Assembly (NCBI GenBank): GCA_040902705.1
Contig: JBBDWT010000201.1
Span: forward strand, 5,488 to 41,194
Origin: Acidimicrobiia bacterium
GTDB taxonomy: Bacteria; Actinomycetota; Acidimicrobiia; IMCC26256; PALSA-555
DNA: 35,707 nt
Direction: 5' to 3'
Part shown: positions 1 to 9,515 of the stretch, in pieces
Numbering within the stretch: the stretch's first letter is position 1
Layout of the letters: every line of letters starts with the position of its first letter
Notes under the pieces: generated by a model
What the model was told of the DNA's origin: nothing
The model's database searches: none
The model's input: the letters and a program-made list of their open reading frames with translations, nothing else
Program-made: the position numbers and the translations under genes

Positions 1-1586
1 CGTGGCTGCGCGCGACCCGCCGGCGCGTCTGGTGGACGAGCTTCGGGCTGTTCTTCGCGCTCTCGCTGGTCTGGACCTTCACCACGCCTCCGCTCGGGGC
101 AGGCGACGAGCTGTCCCACGTGATCCGCGCGCACGCGCTCGCGGACGGCGACTGGACGGGCAGCTCGAAGGCGGGTGAGCCGACGTTCGCCCGGTTCGTC
201 CACGTCCCCGCCATCTACGGCACCGTCGGTTTCGCCAACCTCTGCTTCGTCTTCGATCAGCACGTCCCGGCGTCATGCAGCAGCTTCGAGGGCACGTTGG
301 AGGACGTCGAGCTCCGCACCGACGCCGGTCGCCATCCGCCTGCCTACTACGCGGTCGTCGGCTTCCCCACCAAGTTCGTCGATCCGCTCACGCGCGTCGA
401 CCTGATGCGTGTGATCAATGCGGCGATCTGCGCCGCGCTGATCGCTTCGGCCGTCGCGAGCGCCCGCCGCCTGCAAGGTCGCGCGCTCGTGGCGACGGGG
501 ATCGTGCTCGCGATCACTCCGACGACGTTGTACATGTTCGGCATCGTGAACCCGAACGCACCCGAGGTCGCAGCCGCGATCGCGCTCTGGGTCGCGGGGA
601 CGCTGCTCGTGCGCGCCGCTCCGGAGGAACGCGTCGACCACCGCCTCGTCGCGCGCGTCGGGGTCGCCGCGAGCATCCTGGTGCTGACCCGGCAGACTTC
701 CCCGTTCTGGCTCCTCCTCATCGGGGTCACCCTGCTGGCGCTGTCGAGCCGTGCGACCCTCTGGAAGATCCTCACCGATCGCACGGCCCAGGTCTGGGGC
801 GGGGTGGTGACCGCGGCGGTCGTTGCGCAGCTCGCATGGATCGCGATCGTCAAGCCCCTGGACGTGTCGTACCCGGCGTTCGCGGTCCGCGGAGATCTCG
901 TGGATGCGATCAAGGCGGCGATCGGGGAGATCTACCCGAACTACGTCGAGATGGTCGGCGCGCTGGGGTTCATGAACGAGCCGGTCCCGCAGGGAGTGCT
1001 CGTGCTCTGGACCTGCGGGATCGCGGTGCTCGTCGCCCTCGCGTGGATGTTCGCGAGACGCCAGGTGCGCTGGGTCGTCGCCGGCCTCGTGGCCGCCGTG
1101 CTCGTCGTTCCGACGGCCCTCGAGGCGGCCAAGGCCCGCGAGGCCGGCCTCTTCTGGCAGGGCCGGTACACGCTCCCCCTGGCCGTCGGCATCCCGATCG
1201 TCGCGGCACTCGGGCTCGCGCGCCGCGATGGCGCCGGCCGTCCGGGCGGGGTCCGGTTCGAACGTCTCGTCCGCCTCCTCGCCGGGGTGTTCGTGATCGG
1301 GCAGGTCGTGTCCTACGCGCAGCAGCTGCGCCGCTGGACCGTCGGTTCGCGAGGCTCGCTCGTGTTCTTCCTGAAGTGGCACTGGTCGCCGTCGCTCCCA
1401 CCCTGGCTGCTCCTCGCGACGTTCGTGGGGCTCATCGGCCTGATCGCGTGGTGGCTGTTCGCGGGCGACGACGAGTGCCCGTCCGTCCCTGACGACGTCG
1501 GGCCCCACTCGACCGACCACGCAGCCGTCGAGACGGCCCACGACACACCGGTCGAGGCGAGCGACCACGCGCTTGTCGTCTCGTGA
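1..1586 (+). CDS. DUF2142-family multi-pass membrane protein (GT-C fold, putative lipid-donor glycosyltransferase); 5'-truncated by the window
   Basis: The frame of ORF 120..1586 is open back to base 3 (WLRATRRRVWWTSFGLF...PPLGAGDELSHVIRA), restoring TM1 and the DE motif. Also carries GRHPPAYY, G.VNP, FWQGRY motifs and many TM segments. Paralog of 9516..11114. Confidence 0.8.
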   Translation, partial: WLRATRRRVWWTSFGLFFALSLVWTFTTPPLGAGDELSHVIRAHALADGDWTGSSKAGEPTFARFVHVPAIYGTVGFANLCFVFDQHVPASCSSFEGTLEDVELRTDAGRHPPAYYAVVGFPTKFVDPLTRVDLMRVINAAICAALIASAVASARRLQGRALVATGIVLAITPTTLYMFGIVNPNAPEVAAAIALWVAGTLLVRAAPEERVDHRLVARVGVAASILVLTRQTSPFWLLLIGVTLLALSSRATLWKILTDRTAQVWGGVVTAAVVAQLAWIAIVKPLDVSYPAFAVRGDLVDAIKAAIGEIYPNYVEMVGALGFMNEPVPQGVLVLWTCGIAVLVALAWMFARRQVRWVVAGLVAAVLVVPTALEAAKAREAGLFWQGRYTLPLAVGIPIVAALGLARRDGAGRPGGVRFERLVRLLAGVFVIGQVVSYAQQLRRWTVGSRGSLVFFLKWHWSPSLPPWLLLATFVGLIGLIAWWLFAGDDECPSVPDDVGPHSTDHAAVETAHDTPVEASDHALVVS

Positions 1587-3313
1587 CGACCACGAGCGAG
1601 GATCTCGAAGCGCCGGCCGACCGTCGGCACCGGCATCGCGCGCTCGTGGTGCAGCTCGTAGCGCTCGCGACCGCCGGCGCCTTCCTCCTGTGGGTGAACC
1701 GCCAGCAGTGGTTCCTCGCCGACGAGTGGAACATGCTCGTCGAGCGCCGTCTGGTCGGCGGTGACGGGATGCTCGGCATCTGGGACGCGCACAACTCGCA
1801 CCTCGCCGTGCTCCCGACGATCGTCTACCGCGCCCTCTTCTCGCTGTTCGGTGTGCGCACGTACCTGCCCTATCTCGTCGTCATGATCATCATGCAGCTG
1901 ACGGCGGCGTGGATCCTCTGGAGGCTGTTGCTCCGGCTGGGTATCGCACCGACCCTCGCGACGTTGTCGAGCCTCGCCTTCGCGATCTTCGGTCACGGCT
2001 TCGAGATCACGACGGGCGCATTCGGCATGCAGAACGCCGGAGCGCTCGCGTTCGGGTTCGGCGCGTTGCTCGCGATGCGCGAGACCCCGACGATCGAGCG
2101 TCGCGACGGCCTCGTCCTCGCGCTCGCCCTGGGTGCTCTCCTGACCTCGTCGGGAGTGGCGATCCCACTGACCGCCGTGCTCGTGCTCGTCGCGCTCGTG
2201 CGGCGGGGATGGCGACCGGCGGCCCTCCTGCTCGCAGTGCCGGCCGGCACGTTCGTGTTCTGGTACGTGCTGTACGGCGAGCCCGCGACGAAGGTACAGG
2301 GCGCCCTCGGCGTCTCCGAGGGCCTCCGCCGGGTGCCGACGTTCGTCGCCCACGGGATCTGGTGGACGCTCCAGTACCTGCTCGACGTCGACAGTGGCGG
2401 GCCGATCGTGCTGCTGGCCGCGGCGCTGTTGGTCGCGGTGACCCTGCGATGGCGCGAACGAGCATGGCAGGTCGCATCGTGCATCGCCGCTGGTGCCCCG
2501 CTGTACCTCGCGTTGACGACCTTCGGTCGCGGCGGCTTCGGGCTCGGCGTCGCAGGGAACTCCAGGTACTCCTACATCGTGATCGCGTTCTTGCTCCCGG
2601 TGCTGACGCTCGCCGTCGACCGACTCGCTCGACGGTTCGCGATCGGGCCGACGGTGGCCGTCGTCGCGCTCGTGGTGCTGGTCGGACTCCAGGCGGTCGG
2701 CCTCGAGCGCAAGGCATCGCAGTCGGCGCCGATCGAGCAGGAGACGAAGCGACGCCTCGTTGCCGCCGCGCTCGTGCTGCGAGACGGGATCCGCCCGGTC
2801 GGTGCGCCGGTGCCGGAGTTCGAGCCGGGCCTCGACGCCACGGAGGTCGAGCAGCTCGACCGCGACGGCGACCTGCCCGGAAACGTGCGGCCATCCGCAG
2901 CCGATCTCCTCACCGCCCGCTTGTACCTCGAGGTCGCAACCGTCGAGGCCGAGCCCCTCGGGTCCGCCTACCCGGTGCAGGCGCTCGTGGTGGGAGGGGC
3001 AGCCGTCCATCCCGCTCGGATCGCGGGCTGCGTCCGCACGGAGCGGCTCGAGCCGGGTGACGACGTGCGGCTCTCCTTCCCGGCTGGGGGCAGCGTCCGC
3101 GTCGACGCCGACGAACCGAGCTACGAGCTCGTGCTCGCGCTCGCCCAGGCCGGGGTCCGCAGCCGCGAGCGACCTGCGTTCCTCCCGCCGACGCTCGAGC
3201 TCGTCGTCGTCGACGTCGCGAAGGCGCCGACGCTCCTCCTCGGCCCTCGCACGGTCGCGACGACGCTGCGGATCTGCGGTGCCGAGGCGGGCGCAACCCC
3301 GGCGCGGGAGTGA
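1583..3313 (+). CDS. multi-pass membrane protein, GT-C-like, with C-terminal soluble beta-rich domain
   Basis: GTGA overlap with the upstream stop. TM1 is followed by an acidic loop (WFLADEW...HNSH), then about 11 hydrophobic segments, an SRY motif and a soluble tail with a Cys pair. Confidence 0.65.
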   Translation: MTTTSEDLEAPADRRHRHRALVVQLVALATAGAFLLWVNRQQWFLADEWNMLVERRLVGGDGMLGIWDAHNSHLAVLPTIVYRALFSLFGVRTYLPYLVVMIIMQLTAAWILWRLLLRLGIAPTLATLSSLAFAIFGHGFEITTGAFGMQNAGALAFGFGALLAMRETPTIERRDGLVLALALGALLTSSGVAIPLTAVLVLVALVRRGWRPAALLLAVPAGTFVFWYVLYGEPATKVQGALGVSEGLRRVPTFVAHGIWWTLQYLLDVDSGGPIVLLAAALLVAVTLRWRERAWQVASCIAAGAPLYLALTTFGRGGFGLGVAGNSRYSYIVIAFLLPVLTLAVDRLARRFAIGPTVAVVALVVLVGLQAVGLERKASQSAPIEQETKRRLVAAALVLRDGIRPVGAPVPEFEPGLDATEVEQLDRDGDLPGNVRPSAADLLTARLYLEVATVEAEPLGSAYPVQALVVGGAAVHPARIAGCVRTERLEPGDDVRLSFPAGGSVRVDADEPSYELVLALAQAGVRSRERPAFLPPTLELVVVDVAKAPTLLLGPRTVATTLRICGAEAGATPARE

Positions 3314-3323
3314 CGCGCTTCGC

Positions 3324-4427
3324 CTAGGACTGACCTGGCTGCGGCTTGGCGGCCCAAGCGACGACCCACATGTCCTGCGGCACGGCCGCGCCCTGGATGT
3401 CGACGAACCCGGCCTGCTCGAGGTACCGGCGGAGCTCCTCGGGCGTCGACGACTTGCTGATGTTCGGAGGACGCTCGAGCGGGTGGTAGCGCTCGAGCGT
3501 CTCCATGAAGAACGCCCACCCCGGCTCGCTCAAGAGGTTGAAGTTGTCGATGTACACCCGGCCGCCGGGCCGGAGCACGCGCATCGCTTCGACGACGTAA
3601 CGGAAGCGCTCCCATTCGTCGAGGTGCATGAAGACGACCGTGCAATAGACGACGTCGACCGACTCACTCTCGATCGGCGCGAGGTCCCACCCGCTGATCT
3701 CGACGAAGTCGACGTTGTCGTGCTGCGCGAGGCGTCGGCGCGCGTGCGCCAGCATGTGCCCGGAGACGTCGGTCGCGATCCACCGACGACAGCGCGGCGC
3801 GAGGGACGGGCCCACCCGTCCGACGCCCGCACCGATCTCGAGGATGACGTCGTCGGGGTGGATGCCCACGGTCGACTCGAGCGTCGACACGGTGAGATTC
3901 CCCATGCGCGTGTACACGTCTTCGTCGGTGTAGCCCGCGACCGAGAGCTTGGCCGAGTCCTCGTCGACCGCGACCGCGTTCCACGTCGCCTTGTAGTCGG
4001 CCCGCGCCGGGCGCTCGTCCTCGCCCGGCACCACGCGGACCTCGACCGTTCCGACGGAGGTGCCATCGGTCACGGCGAGCTCGACGCAGACCGGCTCCTC
4101 GAACGGCTCCGGGAGCGCGACGTGGAAGCGGAAGCCGTCGGCTCGACGCGCGTGCGGCAACAGTTGCGGGATGAGGGGCAGGACGTCGTCGCGGGGATCG
4201 TCCGCGATCACCTCGACGGGCGGGCTCCCGGCGAGGGTCGCGCGCACGGTCGCGGGCTCGTCGGCGGCCGAGACCACCCAACCCTCGACGCGCAGCAGTG
4301 GCACCGCGGACGACACCGTCGTCGCCGAGGGCTGGTCGAGCCACATCAAGAACGGCTGGTCCTCGCCGTCAGCCGAACCCTTCCGGCGGCCTCGCTCGGT
4401 CCGCGTCGCACCGATGAGCACGTTCAA
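3324..4427 (-). CDS. class I SAM-dependent methyltransferase with N-terminal Ig-like (GW..RxDV..GF) domain
   Basis: Motifs ILEIGAGVGR, DVS, VDVVY, RVLRPGG. A GGAGG Shine-Dalgarno lies just upstream of TTG 4427 and GTG 4421 (either could be the start). Confidence 0.85.
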   Translation of the reverse strand: MNVLIGATRTERGRRKGSADGEDQPFLMWLDQPSATTVSSAVPLLRVEGWVVSAADEPATVRATLAGSPPVEVIADDPRDDVLPLIPQLLPHARRADGFRFHVALPEPFEEPVCVELAVTDGTSVGTVEVRVVPGEDERPARADYKATWNAVAVDEDSAKLSVAGYTDEDVYTRMGNLTVSTLESTVGIHPDDVILEIGAGVGRVGPSLAPRCRRWIATDVSGHMLAHARRRLAQHDNVDFVEISGWDLAPIESESVDVVYCTVVFMHLDEWERFRYVVEAMRVLRPGGRVYIDNFNLLSEPGWAFFMETLERYHPLERPPNISKSSTPEELRRYLEQAGFVDIQGAAVPQDMWVVAWAAKPQPGQS

Positions 4428-4473
4428 CTTCCTCCCATGGCGACGTCGACAGGGCTCTCACCCGGGTCTCGCA

Positions 4474-5406
4474 TCAGTCCGGCGATTCCTGGATGTCGAG
4501 CACGAGCGCCGAGATCAGCAGCTGAACGCCGATCAGGAAAGGTACCACCGACAGCAGCACCGTCCCCGTGGTCGCCGCACCCGGACCGATGGTCTCCGCG
4601 ACCACCCAGATGCCGAAGCCGACGCCCCAGAGGAGGAGCGCGAAGCCGGTGAAGAAGAACAGCGCGATCGGGGAGAAGGACCGGATCGTGTACTTCCAGA
4701 TGAGGCGCTTCCAGAAGCCGCGCACGAGGAGCCAGCCGATCGCGGGGATGACCCGGCGGAGCTGGATCCCCGACACCTCCGTCCCGTACCGGGCCGGGAC
4801 GGAGACGTCGAGTGCGCGCACGCCGACGATGTTGAGATTGATGAGCAGGTCGTTCTCGAACTCGTAGCCCTTCGAGATCTCCCCGAAGGGCACGAGCTCG
4901 AGCGCCTCCCGCGTGATCGCCGTGTATCCGTTCTGCGGGTCGAAGAGGTGCCAGTAGCCGCTCGCGAGCTTGGTGAGGAACGACAGCACGATGTTGCCGA
5001 ACACGCGGTAGCGGGGCATGCCGGCGAACGAGCTGCGCGAGAAGAACCGGTTCGCCTTGGTGAATCCGTAGCCACGATCGATGATCGGATCGAGCAGCGC
5101 GGGCAGGTACGAGGGGTCCATCTGGTCGTCGCCGGCGAAGACCACGTCGATGTCGCTGCCGAGATCCAGGGCGCGCCTGTGCGCGGTGAGGATCGCCCCG
5201 CCGACGCCCTGGTTCTCCTCGTGCGTGACCACCACGGCTCGAGGATCCCCGACGGCCGCGGCGACCTCGGCGGTGCGGTCGGTGCTGGCATCGTCGACGA
5301 CGACGACGATGTCGACGAGCTCAGGAAGCCCACGGATGACGTCCGCGATGTGCGCCTCCTCGTTGTACGCGGGCACCACCGCCGCGATCTTCCGATCTCG
5401 GTACAT
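4474..5406 (-). CDS. GT2 glycosyltransferase, polyprenol-phosphate glycosyltransferase type (GtrB/DPMS-like) with two C-terminal TM helices
   Basis: ATG at 5406 (MYRDRKIAAVVPAYNEE). Motifs VDDASTD, NQGVG, GDDQMD, DPQNGY; two C-terminal hydrophobic helices. Confidence 0.85.
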   Translation of the reverse strand: MYRDRKIAAVVPAYNEEAHIADVIRGLPELVDIVVVVDDASTDRTAEVAAAVGDPRAVVVTHEENQGVGGAILTAHRRALDLGSDIDVVFAGDDQMDPSYLPALLDPIIDRGYGFTKANRFFSRSSFAGMPRYRVFGNIVLSFLTKLASGYWHLFDPQNGYTAITREALELVPFGEISKGYEFENDLLINLNIVGVRALDVSVPARYGTEVSGIQLRRVIPAIGWLLVRGFWKRLIWKYTIRSFSPIALFFFTGFALLLWGVGFGIWVVAETIGPGAATTGTVLLSVVPFLIGVQLLISALVLDIQESPD

Positions 5407-5410
5407 GGCC

Positions 5411-6379
5411 TCAGCCGCTCGGTCCCGACGGACCGCTCCCGAGGCGGGCCGCGGCCTCGACGCGCTCGACCAACCGCAGCGCTTCGACACCGTCGGTTGC
5501 CCCGACCTTCGGCGGCGTCCCCGTCGACACCGCCCGGACGAACTCCTGGAGCTCGAGCAGCAACGGCTCCCCCTGGGCCTCGAGGAACGGGATCTCCACC
5601 ACGCCGCTCTGGCGGTATCGAGCGCCCTCGGACGACAAGAACTCGGAGTGCTCGACCCGGTTGATCGTGACGTCCTGGCGCACGAGGTCGACGCTGACGA
5701 AGCGGTCTGCCTGGGTGATCCGGAGCTCCCGGATCTTCTGCTGCCCGACGCGGCTCGCGATGAGACTCGCCGTCATCCCGTTCTCGAACCGGAGGAGCGC
5801 GCTCGCCAGATCGGCCGACTCGGAGCGGACGCTCATCGTCATGGCAGAGACGTCGACCACCTCGCAACGCGCGATCGATCGGATCACGTCCAGATCATGG
5901 ATCATGAGATCGGTGACCACTCCATCGCGGACGCGAGGAGAGTACGGGCTGATGCGGGCAGCCGCGACGTGCACGACGTCACCGAGCAGCTGGTCGAGCT
6001 CGAGCACGGCCGGATTGAAGCGCTCGACGTGACCGACCATCAGGATCACCCCCAGGCTCTCCGCCGTCTCCGCGAGTGCTTCCGCGTCGGCGACGGTCGT
6101 CGCCAGGGGCTTCTCGATGAGCACGGGGACGCCGGCCTTCAAGAGCGTGAGCCCGATGTCGCGGTGGAGCGAGCTCGGAACCGCCACGATCGCGGCGTCG
6201 ACGTGACCGAGCACGTCACCGACGTCGGTCGACGCCTGCGCACCGATTGCGGTGGCGAGCCGGCCGGCGCGCTCGGCGTCAGGGTCCACGACGTAGGTGA
6301 CCGTCGCGTCGCGGAGCCCCCGCGCGATCCGCGCGTGGTTCGTACCCATGATCCCGGCCCCGATGATCGCCAGCCTCAT
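5411..6379 (-). CDS. Gfo/Idh/MocA oxidoreductase, UDP-GlcNAc(A) 3-dehydrogenase-like (GnnA/WlbA/WbpB type)
   Basis: ATG at 6379 (MRLAIIGAGIMG). Motifs EKP, GHVERFNPA, DLMIHDLD. Operon context with the aminotransferase and acetyltransferase. Confidence 0.85.
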   Translation of the reverse strand: MRLAIIGAGIMGTNHARIARGLRDATVTYVVDPDAERAGRLATAIGAQASTDVGDVLGHVDAAIVAVPSSLHRDIGLTLLKAGVPVLIEKPLATTVADAEALAETAESLGVILMVGHVERFNPAVLELDQLLGDVVHVAAARISPYSPRVRDGVVTDLMIHDLDVIRSIARCEVVDVSAMTMSVRSESADLASALLRFENGMTASLIASRVGQQKIRELRITQADRFVSVDLVRQDVTINRVEHSEFLSSEGARYRQSGVVEIPFLEAQGEPLLLELQEFVRAVSTGTPPKVGATDGVEALRLVERVEAAARLGSGPSGPSG

Positions 6380-6395
6380 GATCGCGACCTCGACG

Positions 6396-7517
6396 TCACG
6401 ACAGGAGATCCTGGATCGCACGCACGATCTCGGCGATCTCGAGGTCATCGAGCGCCGGGTGCACCGGGAGCGAGAGCACCTGGTCGGCGGCGGCACGCGC
6501 GTTCGGGACCTCGGCGACGTGCACGCGCGGGTGCTCCAGGTAGCACTCGTAGTCGAAGACCACGCGCGGGTAGTACACGCCCGTCGCGATCCCACGGTCC
6601 GCGAGTGCGCGACCGAGGTCGTCACGACCGAGTCGTGCCTCGGGCGTGATCCGCACCGTGTACTGGTGCCAGACGGGCGTGCGGTCCGCGCTCACCCGCG
6701 GGCGCACGAGGCCCGGCACGCCTTCGAGGCCGACGTCGAGCGCCGCGGCGTTCGCACGCCGCCGCGCGGTCCGGTCGTCGAGCTGCGCCAGCTGCGGGAT
6801 CCCCGCAGCTGCCTGGAGGTCGGTGAGGCGGAAGTTGTGGCCGGCGATCTCGTAGCGGTAGCGCGCCCTCATGCCCTGGTTGCGGAGGAGACGCAGCCGA
6901 TCGGCGAGCCCATCGTCGTCGCAGGTCACGACGCCGCCCTCACCGGTGGTGATGTTCTTGGTCGCGTAGAGCGAGAAGCAGCCGAGCCCGAACGACCCGA
7001 CCGGCCGGCCCCCCACGCGTGCGCCGTGGGCCTGGGCCGCGTCCTCCACGATGGCCACGCCCCGGCCCTCGGCCACGGTCGCGATCTCGGGCATGGCCGC
7101 CGGCAGCCCGTAGAGATGCACCGGCATCACCACCCGGGTCGCGGAGGTCAACGCGGCGTCGATGGCGTCGGCCGGGATCGTGAAGTCGTCCCCGATGTCG
7201 ACGAACGTCGCCGTCGCCCCGGCTTCGAGGATCGCGTTCAACGTCGCGACGAACGTGAAGGGGCTCGTGAGGACTTCGTCACCGGGCCCGATCTCGAGGG
7301 CCCCGAGCGCCGCGACCAGCGCCGTCGTCCCGGAGCTGACCGCGACGGCGTGCCGGGTGCCGGCGAGGGCGCGGAACCCGTCCTCGAGGCGCTCCACCAT
7401 CGGTCCTTGCGCGAGCTGTCCCGAACGCAGCACCTCCAGGACCAGCGCCTCCTCCTCGGCTCCCATCTCGACGGACGAGATCGCGATCGGCGAGGTGCGG
7501 AGACGTCCGCCCGTCAC
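6396..7517 (-). CDS. DegT/DnrJ/EryC1/StrS PLP-dependent sugar aminotransferase (WbpE/WlbC/GnnB-like)
   Basis: Motifs SSGTTAL, PFTFVAT, PVHLYG, EDAAQAHG, FSLYATKN (PLP lysine), GEGG. GTG 7517 overlaps the upstream stop; alternative start 7538. Confidence 0.92.
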   Translation of the reverse strand: MTGGRLRTSPIAISSVEMGAEEEALVLEVLRSGQLAQGPMVERLEDGFRALAGTRHAVAVSSGTTALVAALGALEIGPGDEVLTSPFTFVATLNAILEAGATATFVDIGDDFTIPADAIDAALTSATRVVMPVHLYGLPAAMPEIATVAEGRGVAIVEDAAQAHGARVGGRPVGSFGLGCFSLYATKNITTGEGGVVTCDDDGLADRLRLLRNQGMRARYRYEIAGHNFRLTDLQAAAGIPQLAQLDDRTARRRANAAALDVGLEGVPGLVRPRVSADRTPVWHQYTVRITPEARLGRDDLGRALADRGIATGVYYPRVVFDYECYLEHPRVHVAEVPNARAAADQVLSLPVHPALDDLEIAEIVRAIQDLLS

Positions 7518-8083
7518 GTCGCCTCCCGGCTTCGACACACGTCACAACGGAAGCCTGGCGGCGGCGCATCGGTGCGGGCAACCACGCGACCGCACTCGCA
7601 GGCCCACCCGATCTGGTGCGCCGGGTTCCCGACCACGATCGCGTGATCGGCGACGCTCCGGGTCACGACGCTCCCCGCGCCGACGACGGACCACGCTCCG
7701 AGCTCGACACCGCACACGATGGTGGCGTTCGCGCCGATCGATGCACCTCGTCGTACCGTCGTCGGCACGAGCTCCCAGTCGCCTGAGGCCCGGGGGTAGC
7801 GGTCGTTCGTGAACACCGCGCTCGGGCCGACGAACACGTCGTCCTCGACGACCACGCCGTCGTAGACCGACACATTGTTCTGCACCTTCACCCGGTCACC
7901 GATGCGAGCGCCGACGTCCACGTAGACGTTCTTCCCGAGAGTGCAGTCTCGCCCGACGACCGCACCGTCGCGTACGTGGGAGTGATGCCAGACGCGCGTC
8001 CCCGCGCCGATCCGGGCTCCCGGGTCGACGACGGCGGTGTCATGGGCGAAGTACAGCGTGGCGTCGTGCAGCGTGGGGTCCAC
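7514..8083 (-). CDS. hexapeptide-repeat N-acetyltransferase (WbpD/WlbB-like)
   Basis: Left-handed beta-helix repeats, VWH, KVQNNVSVY, FTND.YPR, and C-terminal GWACECG...CDVC. Start taken at GTG 8083. Confidence 0.88.
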   Translation of the reverse strand: MDPTLHDATLYFAHDTAVVDPGARIGAGTRVWHHSHVRDGAVVGRDCTLGKNVYVDVGARIGDRVKVQNNVSVYDGVVVEDDVFVGPSAVFTNDRYPRASGDWELVPTTVRRGASIGANATIVCGVELGAWSVVGAGSVVTRSVADHAIVVGNPAHQIGWACECGRVVARTDAPPPGFRCDVCRSREAT

Positions 8084-8162
8084 TACGATCCGTCGGCGGC
8101 CGACCGGAACCCCGGCCGGGGAGCGTCGAATGCTCCGATGCGTCAGCGCCCAGATCGTAGTG
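8081..8162. promoter_or_regulatory. divergent promoter region bounded by the 10-bp inverted repeat CACTACGATC, each arm containing a TACGAT -10-like hexamer
   Basis: cactacgatc at 8081-8090 and gatcgtagtg at 8153-8162; palindrome ccccggccgggg at 8110-8121. Confidence 0.4.
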
Positions 8163-8176
8163 CTCAGCAGCAGATC

Positions 8177-9514
8177 ATGACCTCTCCGGACCAGCGACCG
8201 CGCGTTCGTATCGTGACCTTGAACTTCAACGGCGGCGCGCTCACGGTCGACTGCCTCGAGCACCTCCGCACCACGGACTGGCCCGACGACCGGCTCGAGC
8301 TCGTCGTCGTCGACAACGGCTCGAACGATGGGGTGGTCGACCTCGTGCGGAGCCGTTGGCCCGAGGTGCGCGTCGTCGCCAGTGCCACCAATCGCGGCTT
8401 CGCCGGCGGGATGAACCTCGGCCTCGATCGGCTCGACGACATCGACTATGTCGCGCTCGTCAACAACGACCTCACCGTCGACGACGGCTGGCTCGCGCCG
8501 CTCGTCGACACCCTCGAATCCGATCCGACCCTCGGTGCTGCGTGCCCGAAGATCCTGTTCGCGACGCGTTTCCTCGAGGTCGAGATCGAGACGTCGACGT
8601 CACGCCGCGGGCGCGGCGACCATCGCGCGCTCGGCGTGCGCATCACCGGCATCGAGATCGGCGGCGGCGACGTCATCGGCGGGGTGCAGTGGTGGCAGGG
8701 CTTCTGGGGCCCTGAGGCGTCTTCGCCGTCCGACCCCGTGTCGCAATGGAGCTCGGGACATGCCGTGCTGCGCGTCCCGATCGGACTCGACGCACCGGTG
8801 CCTCCCACGCTCCGGGTTCGGATCCAGGGGGCGACGGCCGGGACCGCGGTGCTCCGGGCGGGCGGCGCGCCGAAGACGCTGCACCTCACGACCGAGCCCG
8901 CGTGGTGCGAGGTCGACATCGGCGATGAGCCGATCGAGGTCATCAACAACGCCGGGAGCGTCCTGAACGCTGACGGCTACGGCGCCGACCGCGGCTACCT
9001 GGCGCGCGACGACGGGACGTTCGACACGCCTGCCGACGTCTTCGCGTGGTGCGGGGCCGCGGCTGTCCTCTCGACCCGCTACCTCAGCGACATCGGGCTC
9101 TTCGACGAGAGACTGTTCCTCTACTACGAGGACCTCGAGCTGTCGTGGCGGGGACGGGATCGCGGTTGGCGCTACCGCTACGTCCCCGACGTCGTCGTCC
9201 GCCATGTGCACTCCGCGACGACTGGCGAGCATTCCCAGCTCGCGCGCTACCAGAACGAACGGAACCACCTGCTCGTGCTCGCGCTCCACGCGCCGCCCCG
9301 CACCCTGCTCCGGGCCGCTGGGCGCTCGCTGCTCGTCACCGCGTCGTACGCGCGACGAGACCTGTTGAGCCCGGCCCTTCGTGGCGACCGACCGAGCGCG
9401 GGCATCGTCCGCGATCGCGTCCGCGCCTTCGGCGGGTTCCTCCGGCTCCTCCCCGCGATCGCGCGGGAACGAGGTCGGACCCGAACCGAGACCAGGACCG
9501 CGGGGCGCGTCTAG
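8177..9514 (+). CDS. GT2 glycosyltransferase (WbbL/rhamnosyltransferase-like) with a ~125-aa inserted beta domain
   Basis: ATG at 8177. Motifs VVDNGS, NRGFAGG.N, LVNND, CGAA, FDERLFLYYEDLEL. The insert lies between CPKILF and INNAG. Confidence 0.88.
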   Translation: MTSPDQRPRVRIVTLNFNGGALTVDCLEHLRTTDWPDDRLELVVVDNGSNDGVVDLVRSRWPEVRVVASATNRGFAGGMNLGLDRLDDIDYVALVNNDLTVDDGWLAPLVDTLESDPTLGAACPKILFATRFLEVEIETSTSRRGRGDHRALGVRITGIEIGGGDVIGGVQWWQGFWGPEASSPSDPVSQWSSGHAVLRVPIGLDAPVPPTLRVRIQGATAGTAVLRAGGAPKTLHLTTEPAWCEVDIGDEPIEVINNAGSVLNADGYGADRGYLARDDGTFDTPADVFAWCGAAAVLSTRYLSDIGLFDERLFLYYEDLELSWRGRDRGWRYRYVPDVVVRHVHSATTGEHSQLARYQNERNHLLVLALHAPPRTLLRAAGRSLLVTASYARRDLLSPALRGDRPSAGIVRDRVRAFGGFLRLLPAIARERGRTRTETRTAGRV

Positions 9515-9515
9515 C

